DNA of 64,000 nucleotides, from the NCBI GenBank assembly GCA_041937175.2, contig CP166615.1, positions 4,064,001-4,128,000 of the forward strand, written 5' to 3'. Shown here piece by piece: positions 28,895 to 38,511 of the stretch. Within the stretch, counting starts at the first letter, position 1. Each line of letters begins with the position of its first letter. The DNA is from Limnothrix sp. BL-A-16. Lineage in GTDB: Bacteria; Cyanobacteriota; Cyanobacteriia; CACIAM-69d. Under the pieces are notes generated by a model, which was not told where the DNA came from, made no database searches, and saw nothing but the letters and a program-made list of their open reading frames with translations. Made by a program: the position numbers and the translations under genes.

Positions 28895-30240
28895 TAGAAA
28901 CCGCTTCCTTCGGGATTATCAACACCCGGAATCACTTGGTTGATCGGAGGACTCAGCAAAATGCGATCGCCCGCTTGCAGGCCCGATCGCACCTGGGCTT
29001 GGCTGCCACTTTCCGCGCCAATTTCCACGGTTTGAAAGCGTGCTTCCTGGTTCGGCACAAGTCGCCATACGCCCTTGCGGCCGTCCTTTTGGGTGACAAG
29101 GGCCGCGAGCGGCACCACCAACGCATTCCGAATCGGCTGGCCCAAAAACGCTAACTTGACGTTCATGCCAGCTTTTAAGATGTCCAGTCCCGTTTGCAGG
29201 GAAACTTTGATGCGAAAGGTGGTGACGTTGTTTTCCGGCACAGCCCGGGGGGCGATGCGCTTGACCCGGCCCTGAAACGTGCGATCGGGATAGCTGTCGC
29301 TGCGAATTTCGACGGCTTGGCCCTGGCGAATTTGACCGATCGCGGTTTCGGGAATTTTGGCTTCGACTTCTAAACCACTGAAGAGTTCGGCAATGGCGGC
29401 GGAGGTGGCCCCATCACTGCTGGATGCGGTGGTGGTGGGTGCAACAAAATCCCCCACATCGGCGAATCGGCGGGTGATGATTCCCCCAAAGGGCGATCGA
29501 ATCAGCGTGTTTTGTAACTGAATCCGCACGACTTGCAGTTGCGATCGCGCTTCTGCCACTTGGGCGCGGGCTTGGGCAATTTCCTCGGCGCGAAACCCCT
29601 GGCGCTGTTTATGGAATTCCTGTTCGGCGGTGGCCAAGCTGGCTTTGGCCTGCTCAACGGTGGCGCGGGCGTTGCGGGCTTCGGTCAAGGTCTCATCCAA
29701 AGCATCTTGACTCAGTACGCCCTCGGTGGCCAAAAGCTGGCGGCGCTGCAGTTTTTGGGTGGCTAATTGCCACTTGCCTTCGGCCTCTTGCAACTGGGCT
29801 TGCTGCCGTTGCACCTCGGCTTGGGCTTTGGTGATGTCCTCAGGGCGATTCCCCGCGAGTTTCAGTTGCAATTCCGCCTGCGATCGCGCGAGTGCCCCTT
29901 GAAATTGGTTGACTTGGGCTTGCAGTTGCTCGCCGTCCATGCGGGCCACCACTTGCCCGGGCTGCACTCGATCGCCCTCGCGCACAAACAAGGCCGCCAC
30001 CTTGCCGGCCTCCTTCGGGGCCAAGTTGACCTTCCGCAGAGGCTGCACCACCCCATTGGCCTGTACTTGCACCACCAAATCTTGCCGCTGCACTAGGGTC
30101 GTGTCTTGGGCAAGATCTACCTTGGGGGCAGGCGCTGGGTGAGGGATCGCCAGGGCGATCGTGCCCAACAGGCCCAGGGCCCCGAGGCCCCCAACCCACA
30201 GCCGCCATTGCTGAAACTTGAACCGAATCGCAGGTTGCAT
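28894..30240 (-). CDS. Efflux periplasmic adaptor (MacA/HlyD family)
   Basis: N-terminal TM, GKVAALFVREGDRV lipoyl half, long coiled coil, IRSPFGGII. Confidence 0.92.
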   Translation of the reverse strand: MQPAIRFKFQQWRLWVGGLGALGLLGTIALAIPHPAPAPKVDLAQDTTLVQRQDLVVQVQANGVVQPLRKVNLAPKEAGKVAALFVREGDRVQPGQVVARMDGEQLQAQVNQFQGALARSQAELQLKLAGNRPEDITKAQAEVQRQQAQLQEAEGKWQLATQKLQRRQLLATEGVLSQDALDETLTEARNARATVEQAKASLATAEQEFHKQRQGFRAEEIAQARAQVAEARSQLQVVRIQLQNTLIRSPFGGIITRRFADVGDFVAPTTTASSSDGATSAAIAELFSGLEVEAKIPETAIGQIRQGQAVEIRSDSYPDRTFQGRVKRIAPRAVPENNVTTFRIKVSLQTGLDILKAGMNVKLAFLGQPIRNALVVPLAALVTQKDGRKGVWRLVPNQEARFQTVEIGAESGSQAQVRSGLQAGDRILLSPPINQVIPGVDNPEGSGF

Positions 30241-30458
30241 CGACGTTGCCCAAACCGGGATCAAATGCCACCCCATCAATCTAAAAAGATCGCCCCCATC
30301 TCGACGACTGCCGCCGGTCATCAGTGCCCATGACTAGAGTCATGATTTCCCAGCGGCCGCCATCAGGGGCAGATTGCCGGAAATTCCCCGCTAGCGCAAC
30401 GGGCCGGCCGCTTGGTATAAGCACCTTGTCTATATCGATGCGAAGCACAGCAAATACA

Positions 30459-31337
30459 ATGGCAAAAACCCTCTGGATGTTCCCGGGCCAAGGCTCCCAA
30501 GCCGTGGGCATGACCGCCGACCTGCTCGACTCGGCCGCTGCTCAGGTCAAACTGGCGATCGCGGATGAAATTTTGGGTTGGTCGGTGGCGGAGGTTTGCA
30601 ACGGCGACGAGGCACAACTCTCGCAAACCCAATACACCCAGCCTTGCTTGTATGCGATCGAGGCGATCTTGGTTGACGCTCTGAAAGCCGCTGGCCAAAT
30701 GCCCGACCTAGTGGCGGGCCACAGTTTGGGGGAATATGTGGCCCTCTACGCGGCCGGGGCCTTCAGCTTTGAAGCGGGTCTGAAGTTGGTGAAGCGGCGG
30801 GCGGAGTTGATGCAAGGGGCTTCTGGCGGCAAAATGGCGGCCATGATCGGGTTCAACCGCGCGGCCCTGACCGAGGCGATCGCCGCCACCGAAGGCGTGG
30901 TGCTGGCCAATGATAACAGCGATGCCCAAGTGGTGATTTCCGGAACGCCCGACGCGGTAGATGCGATCTTGGCCAGCGTGAAAGCCAAGCGGGCCGTGCC
31001 GTTGGCCGTGTCCGGTGCATTCCACTCGCCCTACATGGCGGAAGCATCGGCGGAATTTAACGAAATCCTGGCGGCTACGGAGTTTGCGGACACGGCGATC
31101 GGGGTGCTCTCCAACACTGACCCCACCCCGGAAACTAGCGGCGCGGCTTTGAAAGAACGGCTCTCGAAGCAGATGACCGGTTCGGTGCGCTGGCGGGAAA
31201 CGATGGTGATGTTGAACCAGGTGGCCTGCACGGAGGCGATCGAAGTGGGGCCGGGCAAGGTGTTGACGGGATTGCTGAAGCGCGCCTGCCCGAACACCGC
31301 CCTGGTCAACATTGCCGCCCTTGCCGACATCGCTTAA
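30459..31337 (+). CDS. fabD: Malonyl-CoA:ACP transacylase
   Basis: FPGQGSQ, TQP, AGHSLGEY, VSGAFHS, EVGPGKVL. Confidence 0.97.
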   Translation: MAKTLWMFPGQGSQAVGMTADLLDSAAAQVKLAIADEILGWSVAEVCNGDEAQLSQTQYTQPCLYAIEAILVDALKAAGQMPDLVAGHSLGEYVALYAAGAFSFEAGLKLVKRRAELMQGASGGKMAAMIGFNRAALTEAIAATEGVVLANDNSDAQVVISGTPDAVDAILASVKAKRAVPLAVSGAFHSPYMAEASAEFNEILAATEFADTAIGVLSNTDPTPETSGAALKERLSKQMTGSVRWRETMVMLNQVACTEAIEVGPGKVLTGLLKRACPNTALVNIAALADIA

Positions 31338-31481
31338 ATCTGCTTGCTGGTGACGTGATGAAGTGATCGCTAGTTATCCGTAACAATCACTGGTAACTGG
31401 CGATCGATTCCATCAAAATGGGTATTAATTAAGTGAAAAAGTTCATCATCAACGCTTTATTTAAAAGAAATTCTACAACTG

Positions 31482-31763
31482 ATGAAAGTCATTCATCTAA
31501 CTCATGGTGTTCAGTTTCTCCTGAATCTCTTTGCCCAAGCTCAAGATGATGTTCTGCTTTTAAAGCTGCCCGATGGTCGCGAATTTGTGTTGACCTCCGT
31601 TGAGCGATTGCAAGATTCGGCCGAGGATTTGACCACGGAGGTTCAGCAAATTACTCAAAACCCAGAACTGATGGCCCTGTTGCAAGAGCGCAAGACGGAT
31701 CGATCGCGCTTGAGTTTGGCAGATGCTTACGATCTCCTGGGCCTAGAACAGCCCGAGTCATAA
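31482..31763 (+). CDS. Small hypothetical protein, antitoxin-like (Phd/YefM-style N-terminus)
   Basis: 93 aa; MKVIHL...LLLKLPDGREFVL strand pattern and C-terminal LSLADA..LLGL. Confidence 0.55.
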   Translation: MKVIHLTHGVQFLLNLFAQAQDDVLLLKLPDGREFVLTSVERLQDSAEDLTTEVQQITQNPELMALLQERKTDRSRLSLADAYDLLGLEQPES

Positions 31764-31773
31764 GCTGAGATTC

Positions 31774-32121
31774 ATGAATGATTTTCTAAGACGACGCGAT
31801 CGGTATATTCGCGATAGTTTGGCGGTGCGTTTAGGTGGCATTGCGGCGAATTTGGCGCGGGTTAAATCCTTTGGTAAAAACCCTGATAATGGGCAGCTCA
31901 TTTCTAGTTTGCTGCGGGAAAGTGGTTGGTTTATTGAATGGTCAGCCCCCGAGACCGATTTACCGGTGGCGATCGAGCTGGTGGCAATTCAGCGGCAGAT
32001 TGTTCAATGGTTAGCCGATTGGCCGGCACTGTGGCCAAATGCCGATCGTCGTCAGGTCGTTTTGGAGCGATCGAGCCTGTGGAGCCAATGGATTTTGGAG
32101 CGATCGGGCCTGTTGGACTAG
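31774..32121 (+). CDS. Hypothetical all-helical protein
   Basis: 115 aa, 10 bp after the previous ORF; RYIRD...RLGGIAANLAR, ES.WFIEW. Confidence 0.65.
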   Translation: MNDFLRRRDRYIRDSLAVRLGGIAANLARVKSFGKNPDNGQLISSLLRESGWFIEWSAPETDLPVAIELVAIQRQIVQWLADWPALWPNADRRQVVLERSSLWSQWILERSGLLD

Positions 32122-32301
32122 GGGAATAGTCACCGAGCTGAACGATGGTTTTGAGCAATCGGCGGCCGGGTGTTCCGTGAGACTTCGTAAAGGTTCGTTG
32201 CAATTTGGGCCAGCAAAACCTAAAAACTTGTCAACAAATCTAACCAAACTAAGGGGATCAACCTAGCGTAAGGGCAGAACGCCATTCCTGCGAGGTGCGT
32301 T

Positions 32302-34935
32302 ATGACCGTTACCAACGATCGCGAACTCGAAGCCCTAATTGCGCGGGTCAAGGCCGCACAGCGCACCTATGCCACCTTCAGCCAAGAGCAGGTGGATTTG
32401 ATCTTCAAAAAAGCAGCCCTGGCGGCCAACGCGGCCCGCATCCCCCTGGCCAAGCTGGCAGTAACCGAAACGAGAATGGGGACGATCGAGGACAAAGTGA
32501 TCAAAAATCACTTCGCCTCAGAATTCATCTACAACAAATACAAAGCTGATAAAACCTGCGGGGTGATCGAAGAGGACAAGGCCTTTGGGATCCAGCGAAT
32601 TGCCGAACCCGTGGGAATTTTGGCGGGAATTGTGCCCACCACGAATCCCACTTCGACGGCAATTTTTAAGGCCTTGATTGCTCTGAAAACCCGCAACGGG
32701 ATTATCTTTTCGCCCCACCCTCGCGCCAAGGACTGCACGATCGAGGCGGCGCGGGTGATTTTGCAAGCGGCCGTGGAAGCCGGGGCCCCGCCGGACATCA
32801 TCGGTTGGATTGATCAGCCCACCGTGCCCTTGTCGCAGCAGTTGATGCAGCACCCGGATGTGAATCTGATTTTGGCCACGGGCGGGCCGGGCATGGTGCG
32901 CGCGGCCTACTCGTCGGGCCATCCCTCCTTGGGTGTGGGCGCGGGGAATACGCCGGCCCTGATTGACGAAACGGCGCACCTGAAAATGGCCGTGTCGTCG
33001 ATTATTCTCAGCAAAACCTTCGACAACGGCATGATTTGCGCCAGCGAGCAATCGGTGGTGGTGGTGGATGCGGTTTATGAGCAGGTGAAGCAGGAATTTC
33101 GCGATCGGGGGGCCTATTTCCTGAACCCCGAAGAGAAACTCCGGATGGGCGCGCAAATCCTGATTGATGGGCGCTTGAACCCGAATATTGTGGGTCAATC
33201 GGTGGAGCAGATCGCGGCGATGGCGGAGATTCAGCTACCGCCGGGGACGCGCCTGATCGTCGGGGAGGCCAGCGTGGTGGGGCCCGAGGAGCCGTTCTCC
33301 TACGAAAAGCTGTCGCCGGTGCTGGCCATGTATCGGGCGGCGGACTTTGCCCAGGCGGTGGAGCTGAGTGAATCTCTGGTGATGTTTGCCGGGCGGGGCC
33401 ACACGGCGGTGCTCTACACGTCGCCGGAGAACCGCGATCGGATCAAACGGTTTGAGGATCAGGTGCAAACGGCGCGGGTGCTGATCAACACGCCGTCGTC
33501 CCAAGGGGCGATCGGGGATATCTATAACTTCCGGCTGGATCCATCCCTCACCCTCGGTTGTGGCACTTGGGGCGGCAACTCCATTAGCGAGAACGTGGAA
33601 CCGCGCCACCTGCTGAACATCAAAACCGTGGCGGAACGGCGGGAAAATATGCTCTGGTTCCGAATTCCGCCGAAAATCTACTTCAAATACGGCTCGCTGC
33701 CGGTGGCGATTCGGGAGCTGACCGGGCGCGATCGGGCGTTCATCATCACCGACAAACCCCTTTACGATTTGGGGATCACGGCGGGTCTGGAAAGCGTCCT
33801 GGATGACATTGGCTTGCAGTACGACACCTTTTACGATGTGGAGCCGGATCCCTGCCTGGGAACGGTGAACCGGATTCTGGAACAGATGCGATCGTTCAAT
33901 CCGGACACGATCATCGCGATCGGGGGTGGCTCACCGATGGACGCGGCCAAGATCGCCTGGTTGCTGTACGAGCACCCCGAAATTGAGTTCGAGGGGCTGT
34001 CGATGCGGTTCATGGACATTCGCAAGCGGGTGTATGAGCTGCCGTCCTTGGGTGAGAAGGCGATTTTGGTGGCGATTCCCACCACTTCGGGCACGGGATC
34101 GGAGGTTACGCCCTTTGCGGTGGTGACGGATGAGCGCACGGGGATCAAGTATCCCTTGGCGGACTATGCCCTCACGCCGACCATGGCCATTTGCGATCCG
34201 CAGTTGGTGCTGGATATGCCCAAGTCTCTGACGGCTTTTGGGGGGGTTGATGCCCTGACCCACGCCCTGGAGTCCTACGTGTCCGTGTTGGCTTCGGAGT
34301 TCACGAACGGCGAGGCCCTGGAAGCGATTCGGCTGATCTTTAAATATCTGCCCTCGGCCTATGAGCATGGGGCGGCGGATCCGAAGGCGCGGGAAAAGAT
34401 GCACTATGCGGCAACGATGGCGGGGATGGCCTTTGCCAATGGCTTTTTGGGCATTTGCCACTCGATCGCCCACCAAATTGGCGGCACGTTCCACATTCCC
34501 CACGGCCTGGCCAATGCGCTGTTGATTTCCCATGTGATTCGCTACAACGCGACGGATGCGCCCTTTAAGCAGGCGGCGTTCCCGCAATACAAGTATCCGA
34601 ATGCGAAGTGGCGCTATGCCCGGATTGCGGACTATTTGAATTTGGGGGGCACAACGGAGGATGAGAAGATCGATCGACTGATTGGGGCGATCGAGGCGCT
34701 GAAGCAGCAGGTGGGGATTCCCCGATCGATCCGGGAAGCCACCTCGATCAGTGAGGCGGAGTTTTTGGCGAAGTTGGACGACGTGGCCGATCGCGCCTTT
34801 GACGATCAATGCACGGTGTCGAATCCCCGTTACCCGATGATCAGCGAGCTAAAAGCGCTGTTGTTGCGGGCCTATCACGGAGATTCGCCGCTGCTGTCGG
34901 CTCCGGAAGCGCCGGAACCGGTGACGACTCCCTAG
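32302..34935 (+). CDS. adhE: Bifunctional acetaldehyde-CoA/alcohol dehydrogenase
   Basis: PTTNPTST, ATGGPGMV, FDNGMICASEQ, GGGSPMDAAK, PTTSGTGSEVT, iron-binding His residues. Confidence 0.98.
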   Translation: MTVTNDRELEALIARVKAAQRTYATFSQEQVDLIFKKAALAANAARIPLAKLAVTETRMGTIEDKVIKNHFASEFIYNKYKADKTCGVIEEDKAFGIQRIAEPVGILAGIVPTTNPTSTAIFKALIALKTRNGIIFSPHPRAKDCTIEAARVILQAAVEAGAPPDIIGWIDQPTVPLSQQLMQHPDVNLILATGGPGMVRAAYSSGHPSLGVGAGNTPALIDETAHLKMAVSSIILSKTFDNGMICASEQSVVVVDAVYEQVKQEFRDRGAYFLNPEEKLRMGAQILIDGRLNPNIVGQSVEQIAAMAEIQLPPGTRLIVGEASVVGPEEPFSYEKLSPVLAMYRAADFAQAVELSESLVMFAGRGHTAVLYTSPENRDRIKRFEDQVQTARVLINTPSSQGAIGDIYNFRLDPSLTLGCGTWGGNSISENVEPRHLLNIKTVAERRENMLWFRIPPKIYFKYGSLPVAIRELTGRDRAFIITDKPLYDLGITAGLESVLDDIGLQYDTFYDVEPDPCLGTVNRILEQMRSFNPDTIIAIGGGSPMDAAKIAWLLYEHPEIEFEGLSMRFMDIRKRVYELPSLGEKAILVAIPTTSGTGSEVTPFAVVTDERTGIKYPLADYALTPTMAICDPQLVLDMPKSLTAFGGVDALTHALESYVSVLASEFTNGEALEAIRLIFKYLPSAYEHGAADPKAREKMHYAATMAGMAFANGFLGICHSIAHQIGGTFHIPHGLANALLISHVIRYNATDAPFKQAAFPQYKYPNAKWRYARIADYLNLGGTTEDEKIDRLIGAIEALKQQVGIPRSIREATSISEAEFLAKLDDVADRAFDDQCTVSNPRYPMISELKALLLRAYHGDSPLLSAPEAPEPVTTP

Positions 34936-36974
34936 GGCCTGGTTAAGCCGTCGCTCGCGAGTGGTTCGATCGGGGCTTGATCGTCCTGATCGGCCGCTTC
35001 AGTCGGTTTGGCGTGATCCAGACTTCGGCTGGCATTGGTTTTGTGATCAACCTTGGAATCAACGCTTTGATCGGTCTGCTGATCAGTGTGTTGTTCCTCC
35101 GCTGCGGCTAGATGGGCTGTTTGCAGTTGGGCTGGATCGGCGATCGCGAGTCGAACCGGTAACTTCAGCGTAAACGTCGTTCCCCAATTGCCCGATTCAC
35201 AATCGATCGTGCCGCCGTGCTTTTCCACAATCACTTGCTGGGCGATCGCCAGACCCATGCCCGAGCCTTTGCCCACGGGCTTGGTGGTGTAAAACAACTC
35301 AAAAATCCGCGATTGTTCACTGACGGGAATGCCCAAGCCGCTGTCGGTGATCGCCAGGCTGACCGAATCCGGGTCAAGGGTGCGGGTGGTGAGCTTCAGG
35401 GTCAGGGGCCGATCAGGCTGTTGGCGAAAAGCCTCATCTATCGCATCGATCGCGTTGGTCAGAATGTGCATGAGCACCTGATTGAGCTGACCCGCATAGC
35501 ACTCGATCGGGGGCACAGGCCCATAGTCCAACTGCACCACAATGGCAGGGCGGCGAGCTTGGGCACAAAGGCGCGATCCCAAAATGGTGAGCACGCTGTC
35601 CAGGCTTTGGGGCAGGTCGATCGCCTTCACCTCCGCCTCATCCAAACGGGCAAACAACCGCAACGACAGAACGATCGCCCGGATGCGTTCCGCGCCCGAT
35701 CGCATGGAAGCCATCAGTTGCGGCAAATCTTCCCGCACGAATTCCAAATCCAACTGTTCCACAAGCGATCGAATCTCTGGGCTGTGGGGGCCATGGCCCG
35801 CCTCATACAGCGTCAGCAACTCCAGCAGATGGCTCACCCCCTCCGTGACATGGATCAGGTTGCCGTAGATAAAACTGGTGGGGTTATTGATTTCGTGGGC
35901 CACCCCCGCCACCACCTGCCCCAGCAGCGACATTTTTTCCGTTTGGATCAGTTGCGCTTGGGTGCGGCGCAAATCCATCAGAGTTCTGTAGAGGGTGCGG
36001 GCTTGGGAGCTGGCCAAATCCGCCGCGTCCGCCAATTCCTGATTGCGCTCGGCCACCCGCTCAATCAGCGTGTCGAGGGCTTGGGCCAGGGATCCCACTT
36101 CGTCTTGGCTGGTGATGCCCACCCGTTGGCTGAAGTCGCCGGTTTCCGCCACCCCTTGGGCCACCGTGGCCGCCCGCACCAGGGGATTGACGATCGCCCG
36201 AGTGACCCGCATCGCAATCACCCCCGCCACCGCCGCCGACAGCAACAGGCTCAGGATCACAATGCCCTTTTCCAGGCCTTGGGCCTCTTCGAGCAAAACT
36301 TCCGCCTGCTCCGCCTGGCCATGGGCCATGATCACCAGCCGGGCCAGGTTGCGATCGGCCCCGGCCAGCGCTTTCCACTCCAGGGCCTCCGCTGCCTCTT
36401 TGGCTTCCTTCTGGGCGGCCGATTGGTTGGCCGCGTCCGCCTGCTGCATCAGCATTTGCTGATTGGCATATTCCTGAAGATCCGCCACGCTTTGATTGGC
36501 CAAGTGCAACAGGCGATCGGGGCGATCGGCCAGCCATTGGGGATTTTGCTTGAGATAGGCGGTTAGCTCGTTGGCTAAGTCGCGGGCTTCCTGGATCGCC
36601 CCGATCGCGTCCTGTTGGAACAGTTGCCGTTGTGCGGCGGGAATTTCATCATCCCCCGCTTCATCAATGGCGAGACGAGCCGCCTGCAAGTTGCTGCGTA
36701 AGTCACTCAGGAGCTGAACTTGTGTGGTTGCGTCGTGCAGTTGGGCCACCCCGCGCCCTTGGAAATGGTCTGCCAGGGCGATGCCCGCCAAGGAGCCAAC
36801 GGCCCCCGTGGCGATCGCCAAAATATAGCCCAACGCGATCTTTTGGCTGAAGTGCCAATTGCTGATGCGTCGTTGCCAATGGCTGAGCCAGCGCGATCGC
36901 CCCTTGATCTTTACTTTCATCGTGGAGTGGGACATCGCTGCCGTCGAGTGAGGAGAGGGCAGTGGAAAATTCAT
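34932..36974 (-). CDS. Membrane sensor histidine kinase with HAMP domain
   Basis: Two TMs, HAMP (DEVGSLA), EKMSLLGQVVAGVAHEINNP, NAIDA, FYTTKPVGKGSGMGL; start uncertain. Confidence 0.93.
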   Translation of the reverse strand: MNFPLPSPHSTAAMSHSTMKVKIKGRSRWLSHWQRRISNWHFSQKIALGYILAIATGAVGSLAGIALADHFQGRGVAQLHDATTQVQLLSDLRSNLQAARLAIDEAGDDEIPAAQRQLFQQDAIGAIQEARDLANELTAYLKQNPQWLADRPDRLLHLANQSVADLQEYANQQMLMQQADAANQSAAQKEAKEAAEALEWKALAGADRNLARLVIMAHGQAEQAEVLLEEAQGLEKGIVILSLLLSAAVAGVIAMRVTRAIVNPLVRAATVAQGVAETGDFSQRVGITSQDEVGSLAQALDTLIERVAERNQELADAADLASSQARTLYRTLMDLRRTQAQLIQTEKMSLLGQVVAGVAHEINNPTSFIYGNLIHVTEGVSHLLELLTLYEAGHGPHSPEIRSLVEQLDLEFVREDLPQLMASMRSGAERIRAIVLSLRLFARLDEAEVKAIDLPQSLDSVLTILGSRLCAQARRPAIVVQLDYGPVPPIECYAGQLNQVLMHILTNAIDAIDEAFRQQPDRPLTLKLTTRTLDPDSVSLAITDSGLGIPVSEQSRIFELFYTTKPVGKGSGMGLAIAQQVIVEKHGGTIDCESGNWGTTFTLKLPVRLAIADPAQLQTAHLAAAEEQHTDQQTDQSVDSKVDHKTNASRSLDHAKPTEAADQDDQAPIEPLASDGLTRP

Positions 36975-37597
36975 TGATTGCGAATTTTAGGGCAGCTCAA
37001 GCCGCAACAGCCCCAAGCCGTGGGCTGACTATGTTTGGTTGTAACCTCAATGGATTGATGCAAACCCTGAAAAATGGATAAATTTAACGATTCATGAGGG
37101 ATGAAACGTGAATTCACTATCTTTTTTGTGTAATTTCAGAAGGCTAAGGCCACCGTCAAAGTCGATCCCAATCTATCAGGTGCTTTCTTGAAATGGCATT
37201 AAGAAATGCAATCAAGAATCAACAATATAATCCGTGAGTTAATTGTCTGAGCGAGTGCGCTCAATGACTTGATCAGTATCCAAATATCCGTATTTGAGTG
37301 CCTTAAAAGTCGCAAAAATTACCAGATCTTGCCCCCAAAAACCGCAGCTCTGATGACGCTGAGTGGACCCTGGCCACCGCAACTGAAATGTTTCGACTCG
37401 ATCGCCCAGTTCCCTGACCGATTCCCGGGGTTTATGTCGCTGGGTGGAGTCTGTGACCTGAGCCAAAACGCTTCCCCCAATACTTCGGTTCGGGTTCGGT
37501 GGCCCCACCCCCCCGCGTCTCGGTCGGTAGGCAGTAGGATTAAAAGTGATTTTGTAATCGATGCAACACAACCTTGAAGCTTTCAGGCCGCCCAACC

Positions 37598-38449
37598 GTG
37601 CTAAACGCTCTCATTGCTGACTTTCGCATCATCTTCGATCGGGACCCCGCCGCCCGCAATTGGCTAGAGGTGCTTTTTTGCTATCCGGGGTTGCAAGCGC
37701 TGATGCTCCATCGGCTGGCCCATTGGCTGCAACATCGCCAGTTACCCTTTGTCCCTCGGCTGATTTCCCACATTGGACGACTGTTGACCGGGATTGAAAT
37801 TCACCCGGGCGCAACGATCGGGCAAGGCGTGTTTATCGATCACGGCATGGGCGTTGTGATTGGTGAAACGGCGATTGTGGGCGACTATTGCTTGATTTAC
37901 CAGGGGGTGACCCTGGGGGGCACGGGCAAGGAAAGCGGCAAGCGCCACCCCACCTTGGGTGACAACGTGGTGGTGGGGGCCGGGGCCAAGGTGCTCGGCA
38001 ATTTGAATATTGGCGAAAATGTGCGAATTGGGGCTGGTTCCGTGGTTTTGCGGGATGTGCCGGCCGATTGCACGGTGGTGGGCGTGCCCGGCCGGGTGGT
38101 CTATCGATCGGGCGTGCGGGTGGATCCGCTGGAGCATGGTAAGCTGCCGGACTCGGAAGCTCAGGCCATTCGGGCCCTGCTCGATCGCATCGAAACCCTG
38201 GAGCGACGGATTGAGGAGATGGAAGCGGAACGGGCCCAAGTGCCGGTGGCCGTGGGTGCGACGGAGCGCCCCTGCGAAGACTTGACCCTCTGCGATTGGG
38301 AACGGATCGCCAAGGTGGCCGCGGAGGTGACGGCGGCCCAGCGCCAACTGAGCCAACTCAATCTTTTGAATGGTGATGACCCAGCAGGAAAGCGCTGCCG
38401 GTTGAGCGATCGGGCCTTGGAAGAGTTCTTTGATGGGGCCGGGATTTAG
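37598..38449 (+). CDS. cysE: Serine O-acetyltransferase
   Basis: [42 protein letters not shown]-terminal EFFDGAGI. Confidence 0.97.
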   Translation: MLNALIADFRIIFDRDPAARNWLEVLFCYPGLQALMLHRLAHWLQHRQLPFVPRLISHIGRLLTGIEIHPGATIGQGVFIDHGMGVVIGETAIVGDYCLIYQGVTLGGTGKESGKRHPTLGDNVVVGAGAKVLGNLNIGENVRIGAGSVVLRDVPADCTVVGVPGRVVYRSGVRVDPLEHGKLPDSEAQAIRALLDRIETLERRIEEMEAERAQVPVAVGATERPCEDLTLCDWERIAKVAAEVTAAQRQLSQLNLLNGDDPAGKRCRLSDRALEEFFDGAGI

Positions 38450-38454
38450 GACGA

Positions 38455-38490
38455 GTGATCGGTCTGGTGATCGGTCTGGTGATCAGTCTG
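38455..38490. repeat. 12-bp tandem repeat x3
   Basis: GTGATCGGTCTG x2 then GTGATCAGTCTG. Confidence 0.75.
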
Positions 38491-38511
38491 GCCCCCGGCC
38501 TAATGCCATGC

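Noticed and set aside
32122..32301. Rex/FNR-like box upstream of adhE
   Set aside because: TTGTCAACAA does not fit the spacing of either consensus.
35217..36566. 449-aa plus-strand ORF, and similar long antisense ORFs over adhE, leuA, the ABC binding protein and the rhodanese
   Set aside because: They lie wholly opposite well-supported genes and have no family signatures.
36975..37573. Riboswitch upstream of the kinase or cysE, and ORFs 37239..37595 / 37269..37577
   Set aside because: GCAAACC near 37059 only superficially resembles a c-di-GMP-I motif and the rest is missing; the ORFs overlap each other and lack motifs.
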